From assembly GCA_037444665.1 (NCBI GenBank), contig JBBILZ010000059.1:1-13511 (forward strand): a DNA stretch of 13,511 bases. Direction: 5' to 3'. The first letter of the stretch is position 1. The number at the start of each line of letters is the position of its first letter. The stretch is from a candidate division WOR-3 bacterium. Lineage in GTDB: Bacteria; Hydrothermota; Tepidihabitantia; SM23-42; JAOAFX01. Shown here one piece after another: positions 7,000 to 13,511 of the stretch. The notes beneath the pieces are model-generated. The model was not told the origin of the DNA. It saw only the letters and a list, made by a program, of their open reading frames with translations, and ran no database searches. The position numbers and the translations under genes are program-made.

Positions 7000-7018
7000 A
7001 ATGCGGCGCAATTTTCTT

Positions 7019-7045
7019 TGTCATTCTGAACTTGTTTCAGAATCT
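7019..7045 (+). repeat. TGTCA-type palindromic repeat, copy 1
   Basis: TGTC-ATTCTGAA-CTTGT-TTCAGAAT-CT; related copies at 9602-9696. Confidence 0.8.
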
Positions 7046-7067
7046 TAAAACTGCAGCCATTATTCCT

Positions 7068-7091
7068 GTAGCGTCCGACTTCAGTCGGACG
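7068..7091 (+). repeat. GTAG-type REP-like palindrome
   Basis: GTAG immediately followed by CGTCCGACT-TC-AGTCGGACG (perfect 9-bp arms). Confidence 0.7.
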
Positions 7092-7164
7092 AAAAAGGCT
7101 GGGGCGGAACGATTTATCGCACAAAAGTCTTATTTAACCATTTAACTAATGGTAATTTAACCAT

Positions 7165-8844
7165 ATGAATAATATCTCTAAACCCAAAGATTTTATAAAA
7201 GAAATCATTGATGAGCATAACCGAACTGGTCGGTTTGGTGGTCGGGTCCATACCCGCTTTCCACCAGAACCCAATGGTTATCTCCATATTGGCCATGCCA
7301 AGGCAATCTGCATAGACTTTGGCATTGCTGAAGAATATGGCGGGTTATGTAATCTCAGGTTTGATGATACAAATCCGACAAAAGAAGAGGTTGAATATGT
7401 AGAATCAATAAAAGAAGATATTCGCTGGCTCGGATTTGACTGGCAGGACAGAGAATACTATGCATCTGACTACTTTGAGAAACTATACGAGTTTGCCATT
7501 AAGTTGATCAAAAAGGGCAAGGCGTATGTCTGCGACTGCACCCCTGATGAGGTGCGGGCATTGCGTGGGACACTCACTGAGCCTGGCAAAGAATGCCCCC
7601 ATAGAAATCGCTCCATAGAAGAGAATCTTGAATTATTTGAGCGAATGCGAAAGGGTGAATTTCCTGATGGTTCCAAGACCCTGCGTGCAAAGATTGATAT
7701 GGCACATGGCAATCTGAATATGCGTGACCCGATAATGTACCGTATTCTTCATGCTACACACCATAGAACTGGTGATAAATGGTGTATTTATACGACCTAT
7801 GATTGGGCACACGGACAATCTGATTCCATTGAAGGGATTACCCATTCAATCTGCACACTGGAGTTTGAAGACCACCGGCCTTTATATGACTGGTTTTTAA
7901 ATGAACTGGAGATTCACCATCCACAACAGATTGAGTTTGCCCGGCTGGAGATGACCTATACAATCTTGAGCAAACGAAAATTACTACAACTTGTTGAAAA
8001 AGGCTATGTGAATGGATGGGATGACCCAAGGATGCCCACGATTTCTGGTTTACGGCGACGGGGTTATACACCTGAGTCAATCAGAAATTTCTGTGATATA
8101 ATCGGTGTATCAAAAAATAATACAGTAGTTGATGTTGCCCTTTTAGAACATGCCCTGCGCGATGACCTGAACAAGCGTGCACCAAGGGTTATGGCAGTAT
8201 TGAATCCATTGAAGGTTATCATTGACAATTATCCCGATAGTCAGGTTGAAGAACTTGAGGCAATAAACAATCCTGAGGATTTGAGCATGGGCACACGCAA
8301 AATTCCATTTTCAAAGGTGCTCTATATTGAAAAGGATGATTTTCGTGAAGACCCACCAAAGGAGTTTTACCGCCTTGCACCAGGCAGGGAAGTGCGTTTA
8401 AGGTATGCGTATTTTATCAAGTGCGTGGATGTAGTAAAAGATAAAGAAGGTAATGTTGTAGAACTCCATTGCACTTATGACCCGGCAACCCGTGGTGGTG
8501 ATTCACCAGATGGTAGAAAGGTAAAGGCAACACTCCACTGGGTCTCCGCACAACATTGCATTGAGGCAGAGGTAAGATTGTATGACAGGTTATTCAACAA
8601 GCCAGACCCGAATGAGGGGGGTGATTTTATTAAAAACCTCAATCCCAATTCCTTAGTCATTCTCAAGAATTGTAAACTTGAGCCTTCATTAAAAGATGCA
8701 AAACCATTCCAGCATTTCCAGTTTGAGCGTTTGGGATATTTCTGTGTTGACCCTGATTCCAGACCAGGTAGTCTGGTATTCAACCGCACAGTTCAGTTAA
8801 AAGACACCTGGGCAAAGATTGAGGCAAAACTAAAGCAAAAATAA
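7165..8844 (+). CDS. glnS: Glutamine--tRNA ligase
   Basis: [66 protein letters not shown]. Confidence 0.97.
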   Translation: MNNISKPKDFIKEIIDEHNRTGRFGGRVHTRFPPEPNGYLHIGHAKAICIDFGIAEEYGGLCNLRFDDTNPTKEEVEYVESIKEDIRWLGFDWQDREYYASDYFEKLYEFAIKLIKKGKAYVCDCTPDEVRALRGTLTEPGKECPHRNRSIEENLELFERMRKGEFPDGSKTLRAKIDMAHGNLNMRDPIMYRILHATHHRTGDKWCIYTTYDWAHGQSDSIEGITHSICTLEFEDHRPLYDWFLNELEIHHPQQIEFARLEMTYTILSKRKLLQLVEKGYVNGWDDPRMPTISGLRRRGYTPESIRNFCDIIGVSKNNTVVDVALLEHALRDDLNKRAPRVMAVLNPLKVIIDNYPDSQVEELEAINNPEDLSMGTRKIPFSKVLYIEKDDFREDPPKEFYRLAPGREVRLRYAYFIKCVDVVKDKEGNVVELHCTYDPATRGGDSPDGRKVKATLHWVSAQHCIEAEVRLYDRLFNKPDPNEGGDFIKNLNPNSLVILKNCKLEPSLKDAKPFQHFQFERLGYFCVDPDSRPGSLVFNRTVQLKDTWAKIEAKLKQK

Positions 8845-8967
8845 CACAATCAGAGATTTCTGCCAACCACAAAGTTTTTCCTACAAAATTTAGGCATCCT
8901 GATATACATCAGGACAGGTTTTGGACTTTTAGGCATTTCCCCCTGTTTTGTCCCTGTTCGAAAAATC

Positions 8968-8995
8968 TTGACTTTCAATAATTATCAGGTAGAAT
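8968..8995 (+). promoter_or_regulatory. Sigma70-type promoter for the DUF4258/DUF2283 pair (probably leaderless)
   Basis: TTGACT-N16-TAGAAT, then 5 nt to GTG at 9001; no SD. Confidence 0.7.
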
Positions 8996-9000
8996 AAATT

Positions 9001-9222
9001 GTGGAGATAATTTTTACCCGTCATGCAAGACAGAGAATGAAATGGCGCAGAATAGAAGAAACAGAGGTTATTGAAACGATAAAATCACCTGAAAGGACAG
9101 AGCCGTCAGTTTTTGGTCGTATGAACGCTTATAAAAGTATTGGTGCAAAATTGCTCAAAGTGACCTATATTGAGGAAGGAGACAATATTGTGGTTATAAG
9201 TGCGGTTGATAAGAACCGTTAG
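9001..9222 (+). CDS. DUF4258-like (RelE-fold) putative toxin
   Basis: IIFTRHARQRMKWRRI...V...IKSP...LKVTY...VVISA pattern; 73 aa. Confidence 0.75.
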   Translation: MEIIFTRHARQRMKWRRIEETEVIETIKSPERTEPSVFGRMNAYKSIGAKLLKVTYIEEGDNIVVISAVDKNR

Positions 9223-9232
9223 GAGGAATATT

Positions 9233-9454
9233 ATGAAGATAGAATTTGACAAGCAGGCAGATGCATTATATATATATATTCAGGAAAAACCTGTAAATAA
9301 AACAAAAGAAATTGAAGAAGGTATTCTGGTTGATTTTGACGAAGAGAATCGTCTCATTGGATTAGAGATATTGGATGTTACGAAGCGTTTCAGCCTTGCT
9401 GACATCGTTAACCTTCAGATTGAAAATCTGCCTGTTGAACATACCACCGGTTAA
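9233..9454 (+). CDS. DUF2283-like putative antitoxin
   Basis: MKIEFDKQADALYI...ILVDFDEENRLIGLEIL; SD AGGAGG before ATG at 9233; acidic protein. Confidence 0.85.
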   Translation: MKIEFDKQADALYIYIQEKPVNKTKEIEEGILVDFDEENRLIGLEILDVTKRFSLADIVNLQIENLPVEHTTG

Positions 9455-9601
9455 ATCAAAATATTTTTCTGGAATCTGACAAGGCAGGGTTTCACTTTTC
9501 ATTATTTGCCGTATAATTATGCGAAAAATCCGAAATTCTTCAATTCATCAATTTGACAATTGTCGAATCGTCAAATGGAGATTGCTGAAGAAGTCTTCTT
9601 T

Positions 9602-9696
9602 TGTCACCCTGAACTTGTTTCAGGGTCTAAAAATGTATTTATTTTAGACGTCATTCCGAACTTACTTTGGGATGCTGAAACAAGTTCAGCATGACA
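9602..9696. repeat. Cluster of three TGTCA-type palindromic repeats (two direct, one inverted)
   Basis: TGTCACCCTGAACTTGTTTCAGGGTCT 9602-9628; GTCATTCCGAACTTACTTTGGGAT 9650-9673; inverted GATGCTGAAACAAGTTCAGCATGACA 9671-9696. Confidence 0.8.
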
Positions 9697-9748
9697 TTCC
9701 TTAGAGTGACACTTTTAGGGTGGATGCCATACCTTCGCAAAAAAGTGC

Positions 9749-9776
9749 TTGACAGTAAAGAATATTTGTATATTAT
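9749..9776 (+). promoter_or_regulatory. Sigma70-type promoter, likely native promoter of the beta-propeller gene
   Basis: TTGACA-N16-TATTAT; predicted +1 falls at about the IS91 ori boundary. Confidence 0.6.
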
Positions 9777-9782
9777 TTTATC

Positions 9783-9810
9783 GTATAGGAATTTGAAAAA
9801 ATTCCTATAC
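9783..9810. other. Putative oriIS of the IS91 element (perfect 12-bp hairpin)
   Basis: GTATAGGAATTT-GAAA-AAATTCCTATAC; resembles the IS91/IS1294/ISCR ori end (…TTTxAAATTCCTATAC, recalled consensus). Confidence 0.75.
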
Positions 9811-10017
9811 AATAAAAATTAGCCCAAAAAGAAAAATTTGTAATAAAAAACTATTAAGTTTTGGTCAACGCCTGCGATTTCTGGAAGAAAAAACAGCCCT
9901 GGCCAATAAAACTTCTGTAGCCCAGGATTAAAAATTGACAAAAGAGAACAGACCTATCCTATTGCAGGTAGTAAAAAACGACGACTCAGTTGTAATGAAA
10001 TGCTGGTGCTTGGTTAA

Positions 10018-11217
10018 TTATGGTGGCTGGTAATGTCTAAGGCTATTCAATTCTTTTGAGAAATAAACAATCTCAACCAATTTCATTGGTTTATGGCATA
10101 CTGGACAGGCCAATGGGTCAATGTCGGTGAGTGTGATATGTCTTGAGCGCCAATTTTCCTGGTTGATTAACTGTTGTTCCCGGTTAAGAGCGGCAAAGAC
10201 CAAGGGCAACAATTCTTTTTTTGCCCGATTAGCCAGGGCACCATAATAGCGGATCTGACGGAAATGGGGTGGCAGAATATGTTGAATCAAAAGGCTGATG
10301 AAATCTTCAACCCGAACGATTTCTCTGATTTCTGGTTCATCATGGGGTTTGACGGAGAAACTTACACACCATTGATTAGGTCCAAACTCTTCACGCTGTC
10401 GGTAATCAAGGATTCTACTTTCTGCGATTGGTGGTCTTTTTGCGTAGCGGGCAGTATAGCTGAGGGAAAATTTTTCTGTGGGTAGTTCTTTTGAGTCATG
10501 GACATACCAATTGATTTCCAAAAGGGGATTAAAGAAGCTATCAAGGCCTTGTGGATCTCTGAAGACCTCGAGTTCTCCACAACTGGAGTGGTGTTGGAGG
10601 TATTGGGTGATTTTTTCTTTAAGGAATGTGATAGTTAAGGCGCGGTATCTTTTATGGAGCATGACAAAGGGTATGTAGCTACATCTTTTCCAGCGGTTAG
10701 TTGGTTGGTTATTTTCTATGATTAGGCCGCCAGCGGTTATTAAGAGATGGATATGACAATTAAAGTTGACTCTTCGGCCAAAGGTATGGACTGCTGCGAT
10801 AATCAAGGGTAGGAGGTGTTTTTCTTTATAAAAGGAGAGGACGGTTTGGCTTGCAGCTTTGAATAGGGAATTGATTAAGAAGGGATATTGTTGGAATAAT
10901 CCGCGTAAGGTATCTGGGATGGTGAAGCAGATGTGATGGAAGGGTGTTTTGGGGAAGATGGCTTGGACCTTGGCGATGAGTTTATCAGTCAGTTTTTTGC
11001 CGCAGGAGTTACAGAAATTGGATTTACAGGTATTAGGGATGAAACGGCATTGCCAGGGGTGGTCTGGGCACTGATAGACATGGTAGCCCAATTTTTCTGG
11101 GTCTCGGCAGGAAAGCATTTTGTTGACGGTGTCGATGACATATTGGGGGAGGTTTTGGTGTTTAGCGAGGTAATCGGGCCAATGGCGTTTAAAGATTTGT
11201 TTAATTGAATAAGGCAT
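10018..11217 (-). CDS. IS91 family transposase
   Basis: Zn-binding CRDP..LGY..YQC...CKSNFCNSCG, HHICFTIP, HUH region VHTFGRRVNFNCHIHLL, Y2 motif YTARYAKRPP, QHILPPHFRQIRYYG, C-terminal CPVC. Start placed at MPYSIKQIF. Confidence 0.93.
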   Translation of the reverse strand: MPYSIKQIFKRHWPDYLAKHQNLPQYVIDTVNKMLSCRDPEKLGYHVYQCPDHPWQCRFIPNTCKSNFCNSCGKKLTDKLIAKVQAIFPKTPFHHICFTIPDTLRGLFQQYPFLINSLFKAASQTVLSFYKEKHLLPLIIAAVHTFGRRVNFNCHIHLLITAGGLIIENNQPTNRWKRCSYIPFVMLHKRYRALTITFLKEKITQYLQHHSSCGELEVFRDPQGLDSFFNPLLEINWYVHDSKELPTEKFSLSYTARYAKRPPIAESRILDYRQREEFGPNQWCVSFSVKPHDEPEIREIVRVEDFISLLIQHILPPHFRQIRYYGALANRAKKELLPLVFAALNREQQLINQENWRSRHITLTDIDPLACPVCHKPMKLVEIVYFSKELNSLRHYQPP

Positions 11218-11227
11218 AAGGTATATT

Positions 11228-11455
11228 ATGGCGATAATTAACTTTAAATGCAATAGGTGTGATGAGGTATTTGATTGTGATGTGGGTGAGATAAATTTTG
11301 AGTTGGTTAATTGGCGACCACAGTTTGAGCGAGAAATTGTGTGTCCGAACTGTGGTAAGTTAACTTTGGACGATGTTGAATTGACTGAGTTTGGTCAGTC
11401 ACAACTAACTGAATTATGGTGGATAGATGCTGAAAGAAAACAGCGTAAAAAATAA
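11228..11455 (+). CDS. Small Zn-ribbon protein (IS91 passenger)
   Basis: 75 aa; CNRC...CPNCG; basic C-terminus; divergent from tnp with only 10 nt between start codons. Confidence 0.65.
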   Translation: MAIINFKCNRCDEVFDCDVGEINFELVNWRPQFEREIVCPNCGKLTLDDVELTEFGQSQLTELWWIDAERKQRKK

Positions 11456-11456
11456 T

Positions 11457-11481
11457 GGGGTTTCAGGGGTGAAACCCCTGA
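11457..11481. other. GC-rich hairpin, putative terIS (second copy at 11672-11696)
   Basis: TCAGGGGT-GAA-ACCCCTGA, or alternatively GGGGTTTCA-GGGG-TGAAACCCC. Confidence 0.6.
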
Positions 11482-11490
11482 CTATGTTTT

Positions 11491-11670
11491 TGTGATGTGG
11501 GTGAGATAAATTTTGAGTTGGTTAATTGGCGACCACAGTTTGAGCGAGAAATTGTGTGTCCGAACTGTGGTAAGTTAACTTTGGACGATGTTGAATTGAC
11601 TGAGTTTGGTCAGTCACAACTAACTGAATTATGGTGGATAGATGCTGAAAGAAAACAGCGTAAAAAATAA
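11491..11670 (+). pseudogene. 5'-truncated duplicate of the Zn-ribbon gene
   Basis: Second repeat copy lacks the start and the first CxxC pair. Confidence 0.7.
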
Positions 11671-11725
11671 TGGGGTTTCAGGGGTGAAACCCCTGACTAT
11701 GTTCTATAAATAAGGGAGGTCTAAT

Positions 11726-13228
11726 ATGAATCGTCGGTTACATTTTTGTTTCTTAATCCTGTTTATGCTATTTTCGTTTGGTCTCTCTGCACCATTATGG
11801 TCAAATTGGAAATATGACCGACAATTAACGGGCAGATGTCCTTTCCTCGGTCCTGAACAGCCTGAAATTGATTGGGTCTTTGACACCGGTGATACATTTA
11901 AAATCAGAGTTGCCTCGGTGGTAATCGGTGGTGACACAACGATATATTTTACAAGTCCTGACAGTTTTCTCTTTGCTATCAGGCCTGACGGTTCTCTGAA
12001 ATGGCAATATAAAACTAAGGGGATTCCTTACTTTCCGGGGATAGATGAATATGATAGAATCTATTGTAGTGTGATGGGTGATAGTATCTGGTTATTGGCA
12101 CTTGATGATTCCCTAACCTATGCCAAATTAGTCTGGTCCTGGAGTCAAGTGACTCCTGAGAGTTACTGGCTCTCCCCGGTGAATATAGGGGTAGATAGGA
12201 CAATCTATATGTCAACTGATTCTATGCGGGCGATTGATAGCACAGGAAATCTGAAATGGACCTACCACAGGGGGCTTTATTGCGCATATCCGCCAGCGAT
12301 CTCTCACGATGGTTCAACACTATACTATGAGTGGTGTATTGACCAATGGACGAATGCTATTGCAAGTCGGGATACAAGTGGTAATTTAAACTGGTATCGT
12401 GTTGTAGGTCCTGCACCGATGTCTTTGGCATGGGGAAGTCCTGCAATTGGTAGAGACAGTGCGATCTATTTTTCAACAGGTGATGGAAGACTATATGGCT
12501 TGTATCCCAATAATTATGAAAAATGGCCGCCGCAAAATGACCTGGGTGATTTAATCTTTATGAATGTCTCTCTCGGTTTAGGTGATACAATCTGGCTTAT
12601 AAATCGTATGAAAAGACCAATATATCGGAAATTCTCGCCAGACGATGGTTCAATAGTCTTCATTGACTCCATTACCGCCACACCGAGTCAGTCTTCAAGT
12701 TACAATGCATTCATCTTTGATAGTCTGGGGCAAGCGTATATTGTTCTGCGTGATTCTGGAACAACCTATAGCACCTTGTATGCATTCAATCCTGATGGCA
12801 CAATTAAATGGTCATTTACTCTGCCTGGACCAATGACAACAAAGAATTCAATTGCAATAGGACCGAATAATAAGATATATCTCTGTGCAGGGACTAAATT
12901 GTTTGCCATCAAAGATGTCGCCGGTGCCGAAGAATTCAGCGTAAATAATAATCCATTTGTTCTTGAGATCTCACCCAATCCTTTTAGGGATTATCTTGAA
13001 ATCGGTCTTCGTAATGCAAAAAACAATTTTCAATTCTCTTCTTTTGACCCGCTACCATCAATCAAAATCTATGATGTCTGCGGAAGGATTGTCAAACAAT
13101 TTTTTGCCTCTTCGGTTAGATGGTGGGGTGATGATAATTTAGGGCAAAGACTTCCTGCAGGTGTCTATTTCGTGCGATTGGACGTAGGGGACTATACCAA
13201 GACCGAAAAGGTAATACTTTTAAGGTAA
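11726..13228 (+). CDS. Secreted PQQ-like beta-propeller protein with C-terminal T9SS-sorting/FlgD-Ig-like domain
   Basis: Signal peptide; repeated L.A..PDG.LKW blades; C-terminal ISPNPF...IKIYDVCGRIVK...WWGDDNLGQRLPAGVYFVRL...KVILLR; SD GGGAGGT. Confidence 0.85.
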   Translation: MNRRLHFCFLILFMLFSFGLSAPLWSNWKYDRQLTGRCPFLGPEQPEIDWVFDTGDTFKIRVASVVIGGDTTIYFTSPDSFLFAIRPDGSLKWQYKTKGIPYFPGIDEYDRIYCSVMGDSIWLLALDDSLTYAKLVWSWSQVTPESYWLSPVNIGVDRTIYMSTDSMRAIDSTGNLKWTYHRGLYCAYPPAISHDGSTLYYEWCIDQWTNAIASRDTSGNLNWYRVVGPAPMSLAWGSPAIGRDSAIYFSTGDGRLYGLYPNNYEKWPPQNDLGDLIFMNVSLGLGDTIWLINRMKRPIYRKFSPDDGSIVFIDSITATPSQSSSYNAFIFDSLGQAYIVLRDSGTTYSTLYAFNPDGTIKWSFTLPGPMTTKNSIAIGPNNKIYLCAGTKLFAIKDVAGAEEFSVNNNPFVLEISPNPFRDYLEIGLRNAKNNFQFSSFDPLPSIKIYDVCGRIVKQFFASSVRWWGDDNLGQRLPAGVYFVRLDVGDYTKTEKVILLR

Positions 13229-13339
13229 GAATAATAAGAGTTTGAGGGCATTCTATGCCCTTTAACTGTTATTAGTCTGTAACATCAGAACTTCTTTTTT
13301 ACTTTATCTGTGAATTTGTTAATCCCAAAATTCAACGAC

Positions 13340-13367
13340 TTGATTTTTTCATAATTTTTGATATAAT
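13340..13367 (+). promoter_or_regulatory. Possible sigma70-type promoter
   Basis: TTGATT-N16-TATAAT; the downstream gene is not visible. Confidence 0.45.
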
Positions 13368-13425
13368 TATAATAATGGGCTCAGGTTGAAATGTTGAATA
13401 GATAAAAGGTTAGTTTCTCTAAAAG

Positions 13426-13507
13426 CCCCTCCCCATTTGATGGGGGAGGGTATGGGTGGGGGTGAAAAAATAAAACTTTCACCCTCCCCTTTATCCCCTC
13501 CCATCAA
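13426..13507. repeat. G/C-tract REP-like inverted repeat pair
   Basis: CCCCTCCCC...GGGGAGGG hairpin; TTGATGGG...GGGTGAAA (13437-13467) is an imperfect inverted copy of TTTCACCC...CCCATCAA (13477-13507). Confidence 0.65.
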
Positions 13508-13511
13508 GATT

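Larger units (their letters stand above)
11275..11703 (+). repeat. Perfect 214-bp tandem direct repeat (11275-11488 and 11490-11703)
   Basis: Copies identical by eye, separated by one T; each ends in the GC-rich hairpin plus CTATGTT. Confidence 0.95.
9783..11704 (-). mobile_element. IS91-family rolling-circle transposon
   Basis: Y2/HUH transposase; oriIS-like TTTTCAAATTCCTATAC downstream of tnp; GC-rich hairpin at the opposite end. The right boundary is uncertain by a few bases. Confidence 0.8.

Noticed and set aside
8897..8914. TCCTGAT-ATAC-ATCAGGA hairpin after glnS as a terminator
   Set aside because: Real 7-bp inverted repeat but no adjacent U-tract; function cannot be supported.
9200..9232. 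Extended N-terminus of the DUF2283 ORF
   Set aside because: ATG at 9233 has a strong SD and begins the family motif.
9602..9696. Palindromic repeat cluster as a CRISPR array
   Set aside because: Mixed orientation, variable repeats, irregular spacing and no cas genes.
11218..11253. Longer TTG-start version of the IS91 transposase
   Set aside because: Would overlap the divergent Zn-ribbon gene; ATG at 11217 fits better.
1264..13142. Remaining short ORFs in the track nested in or antisense to larger genes (e.g. 1264-1506, 5326-5553, 7470-8789, 10174-11208, 11704-13142)
   Set aside because: Shadow frames of well-supported genes with no motifs or translation signals.

Overview
AT-rich bacterial chromosomal window. 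The C-terminal 'PNPF...IYD..GR.V...GVYFVRL' domain and general gene style suggest a WOR-3/FCB-type lineage (inference only). Host genes: partial thermonuclease (minus), a yidD-like gene plus two TPR/membrane paralogues, etfB-etfA-(Fe-S/CCG oxidoreductase), glnS, a DUF4258/DUF2283 toxin-antitoxin-like pair and a secreted beta-propeller protein. Three kinds of REP-like palindromes and two insertion sequences are also present. The main result is an apparently complete IS110 bridge-recombinase element (about 2512-3998, minus) inserted into the Shine-Dalgarno (SD) sequence of etfB. Its upstream non-coding end folds into a two-loop bridge-RNA-like structure whose guides match the reconstructed target (the SD, CT core) and, less perfectly, the donor junction. 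The predicted circle junction creates TTGACT-N17-TATAAT. The element rebuilds the SD it interrupts and carries an element-long antisense ORF that could relay ribosomes across the insertion. The second element is an IS91-family rolling-circle transposon (about 9783-11704) with a palindromic ori, a divergent Zn-ribbon passenger gene and a 214-bp duplication of its ter end. All structures and matches were derived by eye; no folding or database searches were run.
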